From positions 25,427 through 89,426 of IMG/VR virus record IMGVR_UViG_3300012964_000002: 64,000 nt of DNA. One strand, given 5' to 3'. The notes under the pieces were generated by a model. The model was given only the letters and a program-made list of their open reading frames with translations. It was not told the origin of the DNA and searched no databases. Each line of letters begins with the position of its first letter. Position 1 is the stretch's first letter. The stretch is from a virus. This document shows positions 55,575 through 64,000 of this stretch, in pieces. The position numbers and the translations under genes were made by a program.

Positions 55575-56317
55575 ACTTCGTCTCCGCGATCGCCAAGGAC
55601 TCGAGGCGCGTGCGCGTCACGCTCTCCGCGGCGCCGCTCGCCACCTCGCCGGCGCTGGTCGGCGACGCGCTGAACCCCGCGACGTGGGCCGTGACGGAGG
55701 TCGGCGGGGGTGGGATCGTGCTCGAGGTGCTCAGGGCCGCGCTCGTGTCCGCGTCGGTCGTGGACGTCTTGGTGGACGCGCCGCTCGTCGCCTTCCCGGG
55801 AACGATGCGCGTCTCCGCCCCCACGCTTCTCGACGCGCTCGGGGTTCCCGTGACACCCCCGACCTTCGCGGACCTCTCCGGGCTCGGGGAGGCGTCCTCG
55901 CCGGCGCAGCCGCGGGGGCCGTCCGCGCCGGTGGACGTCAAGAACGAGCAGGTGCCGAGCGACGTCACGTTTGGGGGAACGCTCGTCGTCACCCCCGAGG
56001 GCGACTACGCGTCGGAGCAGGGAACGGCGCTCCTCAAGAAGCTGATGCTGCGGCGGCTGTTCACGGCGCCCGGCGACTTCTTCCACATCCCCACCTACGG
56101 GCTCGGGCTCCGGCCGAAGACCATCGTTGCGCCGTCCTCGCTCCCCACGCTCAAGAAGCGGGCCGAGCAGCAGATCGCGCTGGAGCCGGACGTCGCCGCG
56201 GTGTCCGTCTCGCTCTCGCTCGACGCGGGCGGGACGCTCACCGTTCGGGCGCGGGCGCGGCAGCGTTCCACCGGGCTCGTCGCCGAGGTAGAACAGCGTG
56301 TGGTGGTGCAGCTGTAG
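55571..56317 (+). CDS. Baseplate wedge gp25/W-like protein with N-terminal extra domain
   Basis: RRLFTAPG...PTYGLGL...EP.V. Confidence 0.75.
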   Translation: MNFVSAIAKDSRRVRVTLSAAPLATSPALVGDALNPATWAVTEVGGGGIVLEVLRAALVSASVVDVLVDAPLVAFPGTMRVSAPTLLDALGVPVTPPTFADLSGLGEASSPAQPRGPSAPVDVKNEQVPSDVTFGGTLVVTPEGDYASEQGTALLKKLMLRRLFTAPGDFFHIPTYGLGLRPKTIVAPSSLPTLKKRAEQQIALEPDVAAVSVSLSLDAGGTLTVRARARQRSTGLVAEVEQRVVVQL

Positions 56318-56326
56318 GAGGGCCGC

Positions 56327-57481
56327 GTGGACTTCTTGACCTTCAAGGACCTGTTCCGTGCCGCCCGCGACGAGGCCCTGTCGCGCAACCCGCGGCTCAC
56401 CCAGGACGCCATCGACCGCGACGGCTCCGACGCGAACGTGCTCGTCGCCTCCGCCTCGGCCGCCGCGGACGAGGTGCTCGGCCAGCTCGTTCTCGCCACC
56501 GCGTCCCTGTTCCTCGACTCGGCGAAGGAGACCGACCTCGAGCGGCTGGTCTTCGACCGCTACGGGCTGACCCGCAAGGCCGCCGCCCCCGCGCTCGGCG
56601 TCGTGCAGTTCCGCACCGCGACCGCGAACCCGGCGGCGTTCTCCATCCTCCAGGGAACGCTCCTCTCCACCGCGGACGGCAACCAGTTCCTGACCACGGA
56701 CCCGGCCGTCGTCTTCCCGCTCGGCTCCGTCGGGCCGATCTCCGTGAACGTTCGCTCGGTGCTCGCCGGGTCTTCCCAGCAGGCGGCCGCCGGAACGATC
56801 ACCAGCATCGTGGGGCAGATCGCCGGTTCCCCCGCCAACCTCACGGTGTCCAACTCCGCGGCCACGGCGGGCGCGGACGACGCGGAGAGCGACGAGTCGC
56901 TTCGGGACCGCGCGCGCCGCTTCTGGACCACGGTCAGGCGCGGGACGCGCGCCGCGCTGGTTGAGGGTGCCCTCGCCGTGCAGGGGGTGCGCTCCGCCGC
57001 CGTCTTCGAGGCGGTCGACGGCGTGGGTCTCCCGGGCGGTTCCGTCGAGCTCGTCGTCACCGACGCGTACACGGACGTGCTGGCCCAGCTCGCGGCGGTG
57101 CCGCCCGCCTACGCGGCGCAGGCGGCAGCGCTCGCCTCGGCCGTCATGCTCGGGCTCGACGACGTGCGCGCGCTCGGCGTCCGCGTGGTGGTGACCGTCG
57201 CGCAGGTCATCCTCCAGAACATCCAGATCCTCCTGGCGTTCACGGCCGGGGCGGACACCGCGGCCGTGACGGCGCAGGCGAAGGCGGCGGTGATCACGTA
57301 CACGAACGGACTCGCGCCCGGCCAGACGTGGTCGCGCGCTACCGCCGTGGCGCGCCTCCGCACCGTCGCGGGGCTCGTCGTCTCCGGCTCCGACGTCGTG
57401 CTCCCGGCCGGAGACGTTGTTCCCAACCCGCTGCAGGTCATCCGAACGAGCCCCACGCTCGTCACTCCGTTCACGCCATGA
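56327..57481 (+). CDS. Baseplate J-like protein
   Basis: YGLTRKAA..A.G.V.F; GADDAESDESLRDR. Confidence 0.9.
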   Translation: MDFLTFKDLFRAARDEALSRNPRLTQDAIDRDGSDANVLVASASAAADEVLGQLVLATASLFLDSAKETDLERLVFDRYGLTRKAAAPALGVVQFRTATANPAAFSILQGTLLSTADGNQFLTTDPAVVFPLGSVGPISVNVRSVLAGSSQQAAAGTITSIVGQIAGSPANLTVSNSAATAGADDAESDESLRDRARRFWTTVRRGTRAALVEGALAVQGVRSAAVFEAVDGVGLPGGSVELVVTDAYTDVLAQLAAVPPAYAAQAAALASAVMLGLDDVRALGVRVVVTVAQVILQNIQILLAFTAGADTAAVTAQAKAAVITYTNGLAPGQTWSRATAVARLRTVAGLVVSGSDVVLPAGDVVPNPLQVIRTSPTLVTPFTP

Positions 57482-58644
57482 TCGGCTGGAGCGAAACGAA
57501 CCAGGCGGCGGTCGACGCGGAGCGCAAGCTCCAGCAGTGGTTCCTCGACCTGTTCGACCGCGTCCTCCCGCCGAGCTACCTCACGTCGCTCAAGAATCCC
57601 GGGCCCGGGTACGAGCTGTTCCAGGCGTTCGCCAAGCTCGCGGAGCGGCTCTCGACGGCGGTCGCGCACACGAAGGTTGCCGGGCTCATCATGACCGCGG
57701 CCGGCCCGCAGCGCGCGCGCTGCACGGTGGCCTTCTCCCGAAGCCCGCCCGCGACGAACGCCGTGACGCTGAAGCTCGGGTCCGTCGTGCGCGCCTCGAA
57801 CGGGCAGCGCGACTACGTTCTCATGACCGACGTGGCGTTCGGCGCCGGCGACGTTGGTCCGCACAGCGTCGTCGTCGAGGCGGTCGCTCCCGACTACAAG
57901 TGGAACCTTCCCGGGCCCGTCACGACGCCCGGCGGGCACGTGATCCCCGGCGAGGTCGACACGGCGCAGGCGCTCATCCAGGAACCTCCGTTCTCCGACA
58001 CCACGTTCGTCGTCGCGCAGGTGGACGACGCCACCGGCGGGCAGGACGCGATGCTGGACCAGCACGGCCTGGACCGCGACATCGCGCGGAGGACCGGCGA
58101 GACCGACGCCTTCTACCGACTCCGCATCACCACCCTGCCCGACACGGTGAGCCCCGGGGCGATCAGCAGGTTCCTGCACTCCATTTTCGACCCGCTGGGC
58201 GTCTCGTTCGCGATCGTCGAGATGTGGAGTCCGGCGTTCCAGACCTGCTGGAACTGCCCCAGCGTGGCGCCCGCCGGCTCCGGGCTGGACACCAACCTCT
58301 TCGTCTACAACGACCCGCGCCCCGCCTGGCCCCCGTTCCGCAACCGTTGGATGAGCGGGATCGTGGGCTTCATCGTGGTGGTGCCCGCCATCTCCGTTCT
58401 CGAGCTCGGCCTGGCGTGGAACGACACGGCCATGACTCCGGCGGGCTTCCGGACCGGGCCGCTCGGCCTGGGGCAGCGGGCGTACACGGCGTGGAATGTC
58501 CCCAGCACCTTCTCGGCCGGGGTGCAGGGCGCGTGGAACGGGTTCGACGTCGGGGCTCCCTCGGTGTACAAGTCGATCTGGGACGGGCTGCTGGTGATCA
58601 GGGCCGCCGGGGTGGCCGTGAGCATCGAGCTGGAAGGGCAGTAG
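57478..58644 (+). CDS. Baseplate wedge subunit (gpI/J-related)
   Basis: LDQHGLDRDIARRTGETDAFYRLRI; follows J. Confidence 0.7.
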   Translation: MIGWSETNQAAVDAERKLQQWFLDLFDRVLPPSYLTSLKNPGPGYELFQAFAKLAERLSTAVAHTKVAGLIMTAAGPQRARCTVAFSRSPPATNAVTLKLGSVVRASNGQRDYVLMTDVAFGAGDVGPHSVVVEAVAPDYKWNLPGPVTTPGGHVIPGEVDTAQALIQEPPFSDTTFVVAQVDDATGGQDAMLDQHGLDRDIARRTGETDAFYRLRITTLPDTVSPGAISRFLHSIFDPLGVSFAIVEMWSPAFQTCWNCPSVAPAGSGLDTNLFVYNDPRPAWPPFRNRWMSGIVGFIVVVPAISVLELGLAWNDTAMTPAGFRTGPLGLGQRAYTAWNVPSTFSAGVQGAWNGFDVGAPSVYKSIWDGLLVIRAAGVAVSIELEGQ

Positions 58645-58659
58645 CACTCGGAGGAACGC

Positions 58660-60117
58660 ATGGCCAACCAGGACTTCGACCGCGAGATCATCAACCCGCT
58701 CGAGCGCCCGCTCGCGGACGACATCAATCAGGCGCAGAGCCAGATCGACCGCGGCGTGCGCGACATCCTCCGGGCGCTGTTCTCCACGGCGGCCGGCGCG
58801 ATCCAGAGCGGGTTCATCAGCACCGGGCTCAAGACCACGCAGAGCGCCGTGCCCGGCATGTCCGTGGAGATCCAGCCCGGGCTCGGATTTCAGGACAACG
58901 CCGGCGACGTGCCGACTTCCATCGGCGGCGTTGTCGGCCTGGACGACCTCTCCCCGTACAAGCCTCTCCCGCTCTCCGCCGTCCAGTCCATCGCCGTGGA
59001 CGCCGCGCCGATCGCCGGCCAGAACCGCATCGACATCGTCGAGGTGAAGGCGGACCGCCGCGCCGAGAACCCCAGCACGCGCGACATCCTCAACGTCATC
59101 ACCGGGATCTTCGCGCCCGGCCTCGTGAACAAGACCCTCGCCTTCAACCTCCTCGGCAGGAACGGGCGCGTTGTCTCCCCCGCCAACTCCACCACGGGCA
59201 TCGGCTACAAGGTCGGCGTCGCGGCCCCGGCCGGCACCGAGGTCGCCCCCGCCACGTCCCCCGGGTACATCAAGGTCTGCGAGATCCACGTCGTCGGCGC
59301 CGTCGCGAGCATCCTCAACGCCGACATCACGGACTTCCGCACCCTCGTCGGCAACTGGGCGTTCCTGACGCTGGCGAACACCTGGTCCATGCTCCAGACC
59401 TTCTTGGCCGGGATCTCCGTCGTGGGCGCGGCCGCCGCGGTGGGCGTCACGGCGACAGGCGGGGCCGGCTCGGCCGCCGGCGTGCTGGGAACCGGCACGG
59501 GGGCCGGCATCGGAGTCTCCGGACAGGGCGGGCCGACGAGCGGCATCGGGGCCAAGGGCGTCGGCGGCGCTCCCAACGGGATCGGGGTTCAGGGCGTTGG
59601 CACCGGGAGCGGCAACGGCGTGGACGGATCCGCCACGTCCGCGCTCGCGGACGGCGTCTCCGGCCGAGGAAACGGGGCCGGCGCCGCGGCCGGGAGCAAC
59701 GCGGGTGTGCACGGGCGCGGAGGAACGACCAGCGGAGCCGGAGTGATCGGTTCTGGCGGGACGCCCGACGGGAACGGCGTGCTCGCCTCCGGCAGCGGCA
59801 ACGGATCGGGCGTGAGCGCGACCGGAGGGGGAACCAGCGGCACGGGCGTGAGCGGAGTTGGAGGCGCTCCGAACGGTGACGGAGTTATCGGCACCGGCGT
59901 CGGCACGGGGGCCGGCGTCAGGGGAACTTCCGCGGCCGGGTCCGGCCCCGGCGCGGTGTTCACCGGCAACGCGACGCGTGGGCCGCTGAGCATCACCACC
60001 ATGGCGGCCGACCCCACGACGCCCGTCAACGGCGACGTCTGGATCAACAGCACCAGCGCGGAGCTCAAGTACAAGACGGGCGGGCTCGTCTACCGCGTCG
60101 CCGGCGTGAACCCGTAG
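58660..60117 (+). CDS. Tail fibre protein with Gly-rich repeats
   Basis: N-terminal attachment domain then many GV.G.GG repeats. Confidence 0.8.
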   Translation: MANQDFDREIINPLERPLADDINQAQSQIDRGVRDILRALFSTAAGAIQSGFISTGLKTTQSAVPGMSVEIQPGLGFQDNAGDVPTSIGGVVGLDDLSPYKPLPLSAVQSIAVDAAPIAGQNRIDIVEVKADRRAENPSTRDILNVITGIFAPGLVNKTLAFNLLGRNGRVVSPANSTTGIGYKVGVAAPAGTEVAPATSPGYIKVCEIHVVGAVASILNADITDFRTLVGNWAFLTLANTWSMLQTFLAGISVVGAAAAVGVTATGGAGSAAGVLGTGTGAGIGVSGQGGPTSGIGAKGVGGAPNGIGVQGVGTGSGNGVDGSATSALADGVSGRGNGAGAAAGSNAGVHGRGGTTSGAGVIGSGGTPDGNGVLASGSGNGSGVSATGGGTSGTGVSGVGGAPNGDGVIGTGVGTGAGVRGTSAAGSGPGAVFTGNATRGPLSITTMAADPTTPVNGDVWINSTSAELKYKTGGLVYRVAGVNP

Positions 60118-60130
60118 GTGGGAGGACAAG

Positions 60131-60634
60131 GTGATCTTGTTCCTCAGCGGCGTGCTGGTGACGCAGGCGGACCCGGCGCCGGGCGTCGCGCGAAATCCGC
60201 GCAAGGCGCTGTCCTTCCCGCTCGGGGCCGACGTGACGGTCCGGCTCCAGGTGGTGGACTCGAGCGGCGCCCCCGTGCCGCTCGACGGAGCTGGAACCTC
60301 CGCCGTTCTCACCATCAAGCGCGCGCCGAGCGCGGTCGACAAGCTGCTGTCGGTGCCGGGCGAGCTGCCCGGCCCGCTCGACCCCGACGTGGTCGGCGTC
60401 ATGATGTTCCAGATCACGGCGCTGGCGCAGCGGTCCGCCTTCGTGGAGGGCCCCGGGCAGGTCTGTTACGACGTGTGGCTCACCCGGTCTGGGAGACGCG
60501 ACGCCGTGGTTCCCGTCTCCCCGATGTACGTCGAGCCCGGGGTGGCCGACATCGTGATTCCGACGAACGGCGTCATCACGAACGCCGGCAGCAGGGTCAT
60601 CACCCGGGCCGGAGACCGCGTGATCCATCTGTAA
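60131..60634 (+). CDS. BppU-like / fibre-associated protein
   Basis: VVDSSGAPVPLDG...YDVWL pattern. Confidence 0.5.
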   Translation: MILFLSGVLVTQADPAPGVARNPRKALSFPLGADVTVRLQVVDSSGAPVPLDGAGTSAVLTIKRAPSAVDKLLSVPGELPGPLDPDVVGVMMFQITALAQRSAFVEGPGQVCYDVWLTRSGRRDAVVPVSPMYVEPGVADIVIPTNGVITNAGSRVITRAGDRVIHL

Positions 60635-60646
60635 GGAGACCACTTC

Positions 60647-61330
60647 ATGGCCGACGCACTTCACAGCTTGCTCGCCGGCGCCGACGTTCATCCGGCGCAC
60701 GCGTTCACGTTCGCGGACAGGACGGCGCGCCTCGCCGCCGTTCCGTCGGCCGCCGACGTCGGGAAGGTGGCGCTTCAGCAGAGCGACCAGACGCTGTGGG
60801 CGCTGGTCGGTGCGGCTCCCGCCGTGTGGCGTCTGCTCACGCCGTTCGGCCCCGGGGTGGAGGCGGTCACGTACCTGATCCGCCCTCGGGGCAACGTGGG
60901 CGATCCTCCGTCGATGACCGCGTTCATCGTGCACGGGCCGCACGTCACGAACTTCACGAGGCCGGACTCCGGGACCTATCTCATCACGCTCGACCGCGCC
61001 TACGAGGCGGACGAGGTGGCGGTCGTCGTCCTCGGGATGGGCGCCCTCGACGATCTGATCACCTACCCTTACGGCATCTGGGCGTCCGCCGGGAACCCGC
61101 CCGTCGGCGGGCAGTCCAACGGGCTCGTGAACGTCCCCACCGCGTGGCAGACCGGCCCGCTCGGGGAGAAGAACATGCGCGTGGTGACGGCCGCCGCCCT
61201 GGATCTGGGGAACAACGCCACGGTGCCTCCGAATCAGGTCACCTTCCTCGGGAAGCACAGCGACCCGCTGACCATCATGCTCGTGTTCCTCGACCGCACG
61301 AAGTCTCAGTTCAGGAGCACGCCGATCTAG
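60647..61330 (+). CDS. Short fibre/appendage protein
   Basis: N-terminal domain shared with 45387..45938; R..SGTYLITL. Confidence 0.6.
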   Translation: MADALHSLLAGADVHPAHAFTFADRTARLAAVPSAADVGKVALQQSDQTLWALVGAAPAVWRLLTPFGPGVEAVTYLIRPRGNVGDPPSMTAFIVHGPHVTNFTRPDSGTYLITLDRAYEADEVAVVVLGMGALDDLITYPYGIWASAGNPPVGGQSNGLVNVPTAWQTGPLGEKNMRVVTAAALDLGNNATVPPNQVTFLGKHSDPLTIMLVFLDRTKSQFRSTPI

Positions 61331-61338
61331 GAGGCACC

Positions 61339-61848
61339 GTGCCCGCCATGAATGCGAGCGATCGCCTCTCCCCGCATCTGACGTTCGGCGAGGCCGTCAC
61401 CACCGAGCACGTCGAGTTCCTCGAGCTGCAGCAGAACCCGCCCGCGGACATCCTCGCCAACCTCGCGCGGTTCGCGGCCGGGCTGTTCGAGAGCAGCCGC
61501 GCGATCATCGGGAGGCCGTGGCACGTCAACTCCATGTACCGCTGCCCGGAGCTCAACGCGGCGCTCCCGGGCCGCTCCAAGACGTCCCAGCACATGCGCG
61601 GGCTCGCCGGGGACCTCCTGCCGATCAGGCTTCCGCTCATGGACGCCTTCGAGAAGCTGCGCAAGGCCGTGCTGGACGGCTCCCTGCCGGCGGACCAGCT
61701 CATATGGGAGTACGGCCGATGGATCCACCTGGGGGACTCGATTGAGGGCTCCGCCGGCCCGCGCCGGCAGGTGATGATGATCTTCGAGCCCGGCGAGTAC
61801 CTGCCGTTCGACCGCGCGGATCCTCGGCTGCCGCCCAGCTCGGGGTAG
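61339..61848 (+). CDS. Endolysin, peptidase M15 family
   Basis: LSPHLTFGE, NSMYRCPELN, SQHMRGLAGD, WIHLG. Confidence 0.9.
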   Translation: MPAMNASDRLSPHLTFGEAVTTEHVEFLELQQNPPADILANLARFAAGLFESSRAIIGRPWHVNSMYRCPELNAALPGRSKTSQHMRGLAGDLLPIRLPLMDAFEKLRKAVLDGSLPADQLIWEYGRWIHLGDSIEGSAGPRRQVMMIFEPGEYLPFDRADPRLPPSSG

Positions 61849-61873
61849 ACACACGACCCTCCTTTCAGGGAAG

Positions 61874-62104
61874 ATGCCCGACGTGGACGAGAAGACGACT
61901 CTGACCGAGCGCCGCTCCGGAAGCTCCGACCTGCGGACCGCGACGGGCGTCTGGAGCCTCGTGACGAAGAGGTACGGCAAGCGCAAGTCCGACAAGCCGT
62001 ACCCGTGGCGGTGGCTCGTCACGTACAAGCTCGTCGAGCTGGCCTTCTACGTGGCAGGGGTCGTGCTCGGGCTGCTCGTCAAGAAGTGGATCTGGGGCCC
62101 GTAG
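61874..62104 (+). CDS. Small membrane protein (holin-like)
   Basis: C-terminal TM; follows endolysin. Confidence 0.5.
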   Translation: MPDVDEKTTLTERRSGSSDLRTATGVWSLVTKRYGKRKSDKPYPWRWLVTYKLVELAFYVAGVVLGLLVKKWIWGP

Positions 62105-62120
62105 GCCCCGAGGAGGAACG

Positions 62121-62852
62121 ATGGACTTCGCAAAGCAGCTCAGCGCGGTCGCGTACATGGTGTTCGGCGCCTCCTGGCGCTCGAGCCTCATCGGCTACAT
62201 GGGCACGGCGCTCATCGAGGTGGCCCTCGCCTTCGACGCGGTGCCGTCCGGCCCGAACGGCAAGTACAAGGCGATCTGGCACATCGCGGCGGTGCTCATC
62301 GGAGCGTTCGGCCGCGCCGTGAAGGACGGTGCCGTCACCGGCGGAACGATTCCCGCGACGGAGGAGGCGAAGGCCAGGCTCGACAAGGGGTTCGCCACCG
62401 TGCGGATCCTCCTCACGACGCTGGTGATCGCGATCGTCGTCGCGCTCCTCGCGCCCGGGCGAGCCCACGCGCAGACGTTCGGCGGCTGCCTCGCCAACAA
62501 GACCACCTGCTTCGGACCGACCGTGTCGGTGAACGTCCTCGCGATCTCGCTCAAGGACGGCACGGTGCAGACGTCATTCGCGCCCGGGCTCGGCTACGGG
62601 GTGACGTTCAGCACCGACCGGTGGTACCAGCACGGTCTCTCGGGCAACTTCGCGCTGCGCGGAACGGCCGAGGGGCAGAAGCCGCTCCTGTCCCTCAACG
62701 GCTCGTTCGCCAACTACCTGCACGCCGGGTTCGCCTACCAGATCGGCGGCGGAGGTTCGTTCAACGAGAACGCCTTCGTGCTGTTCTCGCTCGGCACGAA
62801 CGTCGACGCGACGCCGCCGCCGCAGGTGGTGGCGGCCAAGCCGTCGGTGTGA
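62121..62852 (+). CDS. Membrane protein: holin-like N-terminus, internal signal, beta-rich C-terminus
   Basis: Two TMs, then LLTTLVIAIVVALLAPGRAHA-QT, then amphipathic strands. Confidence 0.6.
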   Translation: MDFAKQLSAVAYMVFGASWRSSLIGYMGTALIEVALAFDAVPSGPNGKYKAIWHIAAVLIGAFGRAVKDGAVTGGTIPATEEAKARLDKGFATVRILLTTLVIAIVVALLAPGRAHAQTFGGCLANKTTCFGPTVSVNVLAISLKDGTVQTSFAPGLGYGVTFSTDRWYQHGLSGNFALRGTAEGQKPLLSLNGSFANYLHAGFAYQIGGGGSFNENAFVLFSLGTNVDATPPPQVVAAKPSV

Positions 62853-62860
62853 GGTGAGAC

Positions 62861-63154
62861 GTGGGCCTCGCGGAGCTCAAGATTCCGCCGGTCGTCTCCG
62901 CGCTCCTCCGCGCGGTGTGGGCGGCCGTGCCCCAGGCGGATAAGGACGAGATCGCCGCCTTCGCGATCCGCGAGGCGAAGGCGGCGGCGTGGTGGGGATT
63001 CAAGTGGGCGCTGTCCTACGCGCGGCGCCGGATCACGGAGGGCGCTCCGCCCGAGATGTTCGGCGACCTCGACGCCTTCCAGCGGGCACCCCCCTTCCCG
63101 ATGCCGGAGGGGGGCATGCCCGTGCCCGGTCCGTCCTCCGACCCGCAGCTCTGA
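62861..63154 (+). CDS. Hypothetical protein
   Basis: GAGG RBS. Confidence 0.55.
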   Translation: MGLAELKIPPVVSALLRAVWAAVPQADKDEIAAFAIREAKAAAWWGFKWALSYARRRITEGAPPEMFGDLDAFQRAPPFPMPEGGMPVPGPSSDPQL

Positions 63155-63160
63155 GCCCCC

Positions 63161-63370
63161 GTGCCGCCGCTCGGCGCATTCGTGAAGCACGGGATCGCGG
63201 GGCTCCTCCTCGCGGGGCTCCTGTGGGTCGTGCACGAGGTGGTCGCGACCATCGGCGGAAAGGTGGACGCGCTCTCGGCCAAGGTCGAGGCGTTGGCGCG
63301 GGAGACCGACGTCGTCGCGGACGCCGTGTACGACTCCTGCGACGCGAAGCGGCCGCCGCGGGTTCCCTAG
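63161..63370 (+). CDS. Small TM plus coiled-coil protein (spanin-like?)
   Basis: N-terminal TM, heptads, C-terminal Cys. Confidence 0.45.
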   Translation: MPPLGAFVKHGIAGLLLAGLLWVVHEVVATIGGKVDALSAKVEALARETDVVADAVYDSCDAKRPPRVP

Positions 63371-63372
63371 TC

Positions 63373-63657
63373 CTAGTTGTCGTCGAGCACGCCGAGCGGC
63401 GGCTCGAGCCCGCGGCGCGCGCGCCTGCGGCGCTCCTTCGCCCAGCGCTCCTCGTCGTTGATCTCGGACCGCGCCACCGCCGCGCGGTACGTCTCCGTGT
63501 CGAACCCGTTGGCGTAGGTGACCACGGGAGGCAGCTTTCCCCCCGGGGCCATCCTCCAGTTCCGCCAACCCCACACTCCGCACGCGCAGCGGTAGCGGGT
63601 GATCATCCGTCCGCTGAACTCCGGCTGCGGAGCCCAGACGTGCGCGTGGTCGCTCAA
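63373..63657 (-). CDS. Hypothetical protein, start of an opposite-strand block
   Basis: HAHVW...YRCACG; convergent with the lysis module. Confidence 0.6.
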   Translation of the reverse strand: MSDHAHVWAPQPEFSGRMITRYRCACGVWGWRNWRMAPGGKLPPVVTYANGFDTETYRAAVARSEINDEERWAKERRRRARRGLEPPLGVLDDN

Positions 63658-63908
63658 GGGGTGGGCTCCAGCTCAAAGTTGCACCGCTGATCCGTCGACT
63701 CCATGTGGTGAACCATCCCGGGCGAGATCCACTTCTCGTGCGCGTTCAGAAGCTGAGTCCACGACCGGATCTCCGTCCCGCACCACCCGCACCGCTGGGG
63801 AAGCTTCGGGGTGGTGTTCGTTCCGCCGTCCGCCGTCCTGAGAAGGTGCGTGACGTAGCCTCCGCGAATCTCGACCACCGCGCGCGCGGCCGCCACGCCG
63901 TCCCTCAC
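63654..63908 (-). CDS. Hypothetical protein
   Basis: Coupled with the downstream gene; CGWC. Confidence 0.5.
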   Translation of the reverse strand: MRDGVAAARAVVEIRGGYVTHLLRTADGGTNTTPKLPQRCGWCGTEIRSWTQLLNAHEKWISPGMVHHMESTDQRCNFELEPTP

Positions 63909-64000
63909 GCTACACCTCCACGACGCCGGAGACGGGGCGCAGCACCTCGAACGACACGACCAACGGCTCGTCGACGCGGCCGTTCCTGAATTCGACCCAC

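Noticed and set aside
59440-59960. Gly-rich repeats as collagen or a DNA repeat element
   Set aside because: Not strict Gly-X-Y; these are degenerate protein-level repeats typical of tail fibres.
57109-60417. Long minus-strand ORFs (also 49853..52402, 40156..42126, 19006..20790)
   Set aside because: Antisense shadows expected from high GC3 bias; they overlap well-supported + strand genes.
1-64000. CRISPR array, tRNA or rRNA genes
   Set aside because: No regularly spaced repeats or cloverleaf with T-loop consensus found by eye; a tRNAscan run would be needed to exclude them fully.

Overview
The window is a high-GC (roughly 70% by eye) tailed dsDNA phage or prophage with a contractile tail, almost all on the + strand. 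Gene order: family A DNA polymerase C-terminus; a T4-like recombination set (UvsY-like, gp32-like SSB, RecA, Mre11/Rad50); a DNA-modification cassette (ParB-like, two tandem TAGT/GREB1-like glycosyltransferases, UDG-like, methyltransferase); an array of about 10 paralogous Xis/MerR-like HTH genes with conserved ends and hypervariable middles; terminase; about 7.7 kb of small accessory genes; portal; an island of exported proteins; head genes; a roughly 520-nt densely base-paired non-coding region after the major capsid gene; then neck, sheath, tube, frameshifting chaperone, tape measure, baseplate, fibres and lysis genes. The strongest candidates for undescribed biology are the variable HTH array with its shared 'RAARLL' helix, the large structured RNA, repeated promoter-overlapping hairpins that hide ribosome binding sites, and a possible holin/beta-barrel fusion. 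All product calls come from motifs and synteny read by eye; no database search or folding program was run. The host is not determinable here (Myxococcota-like is only a guess from GC).
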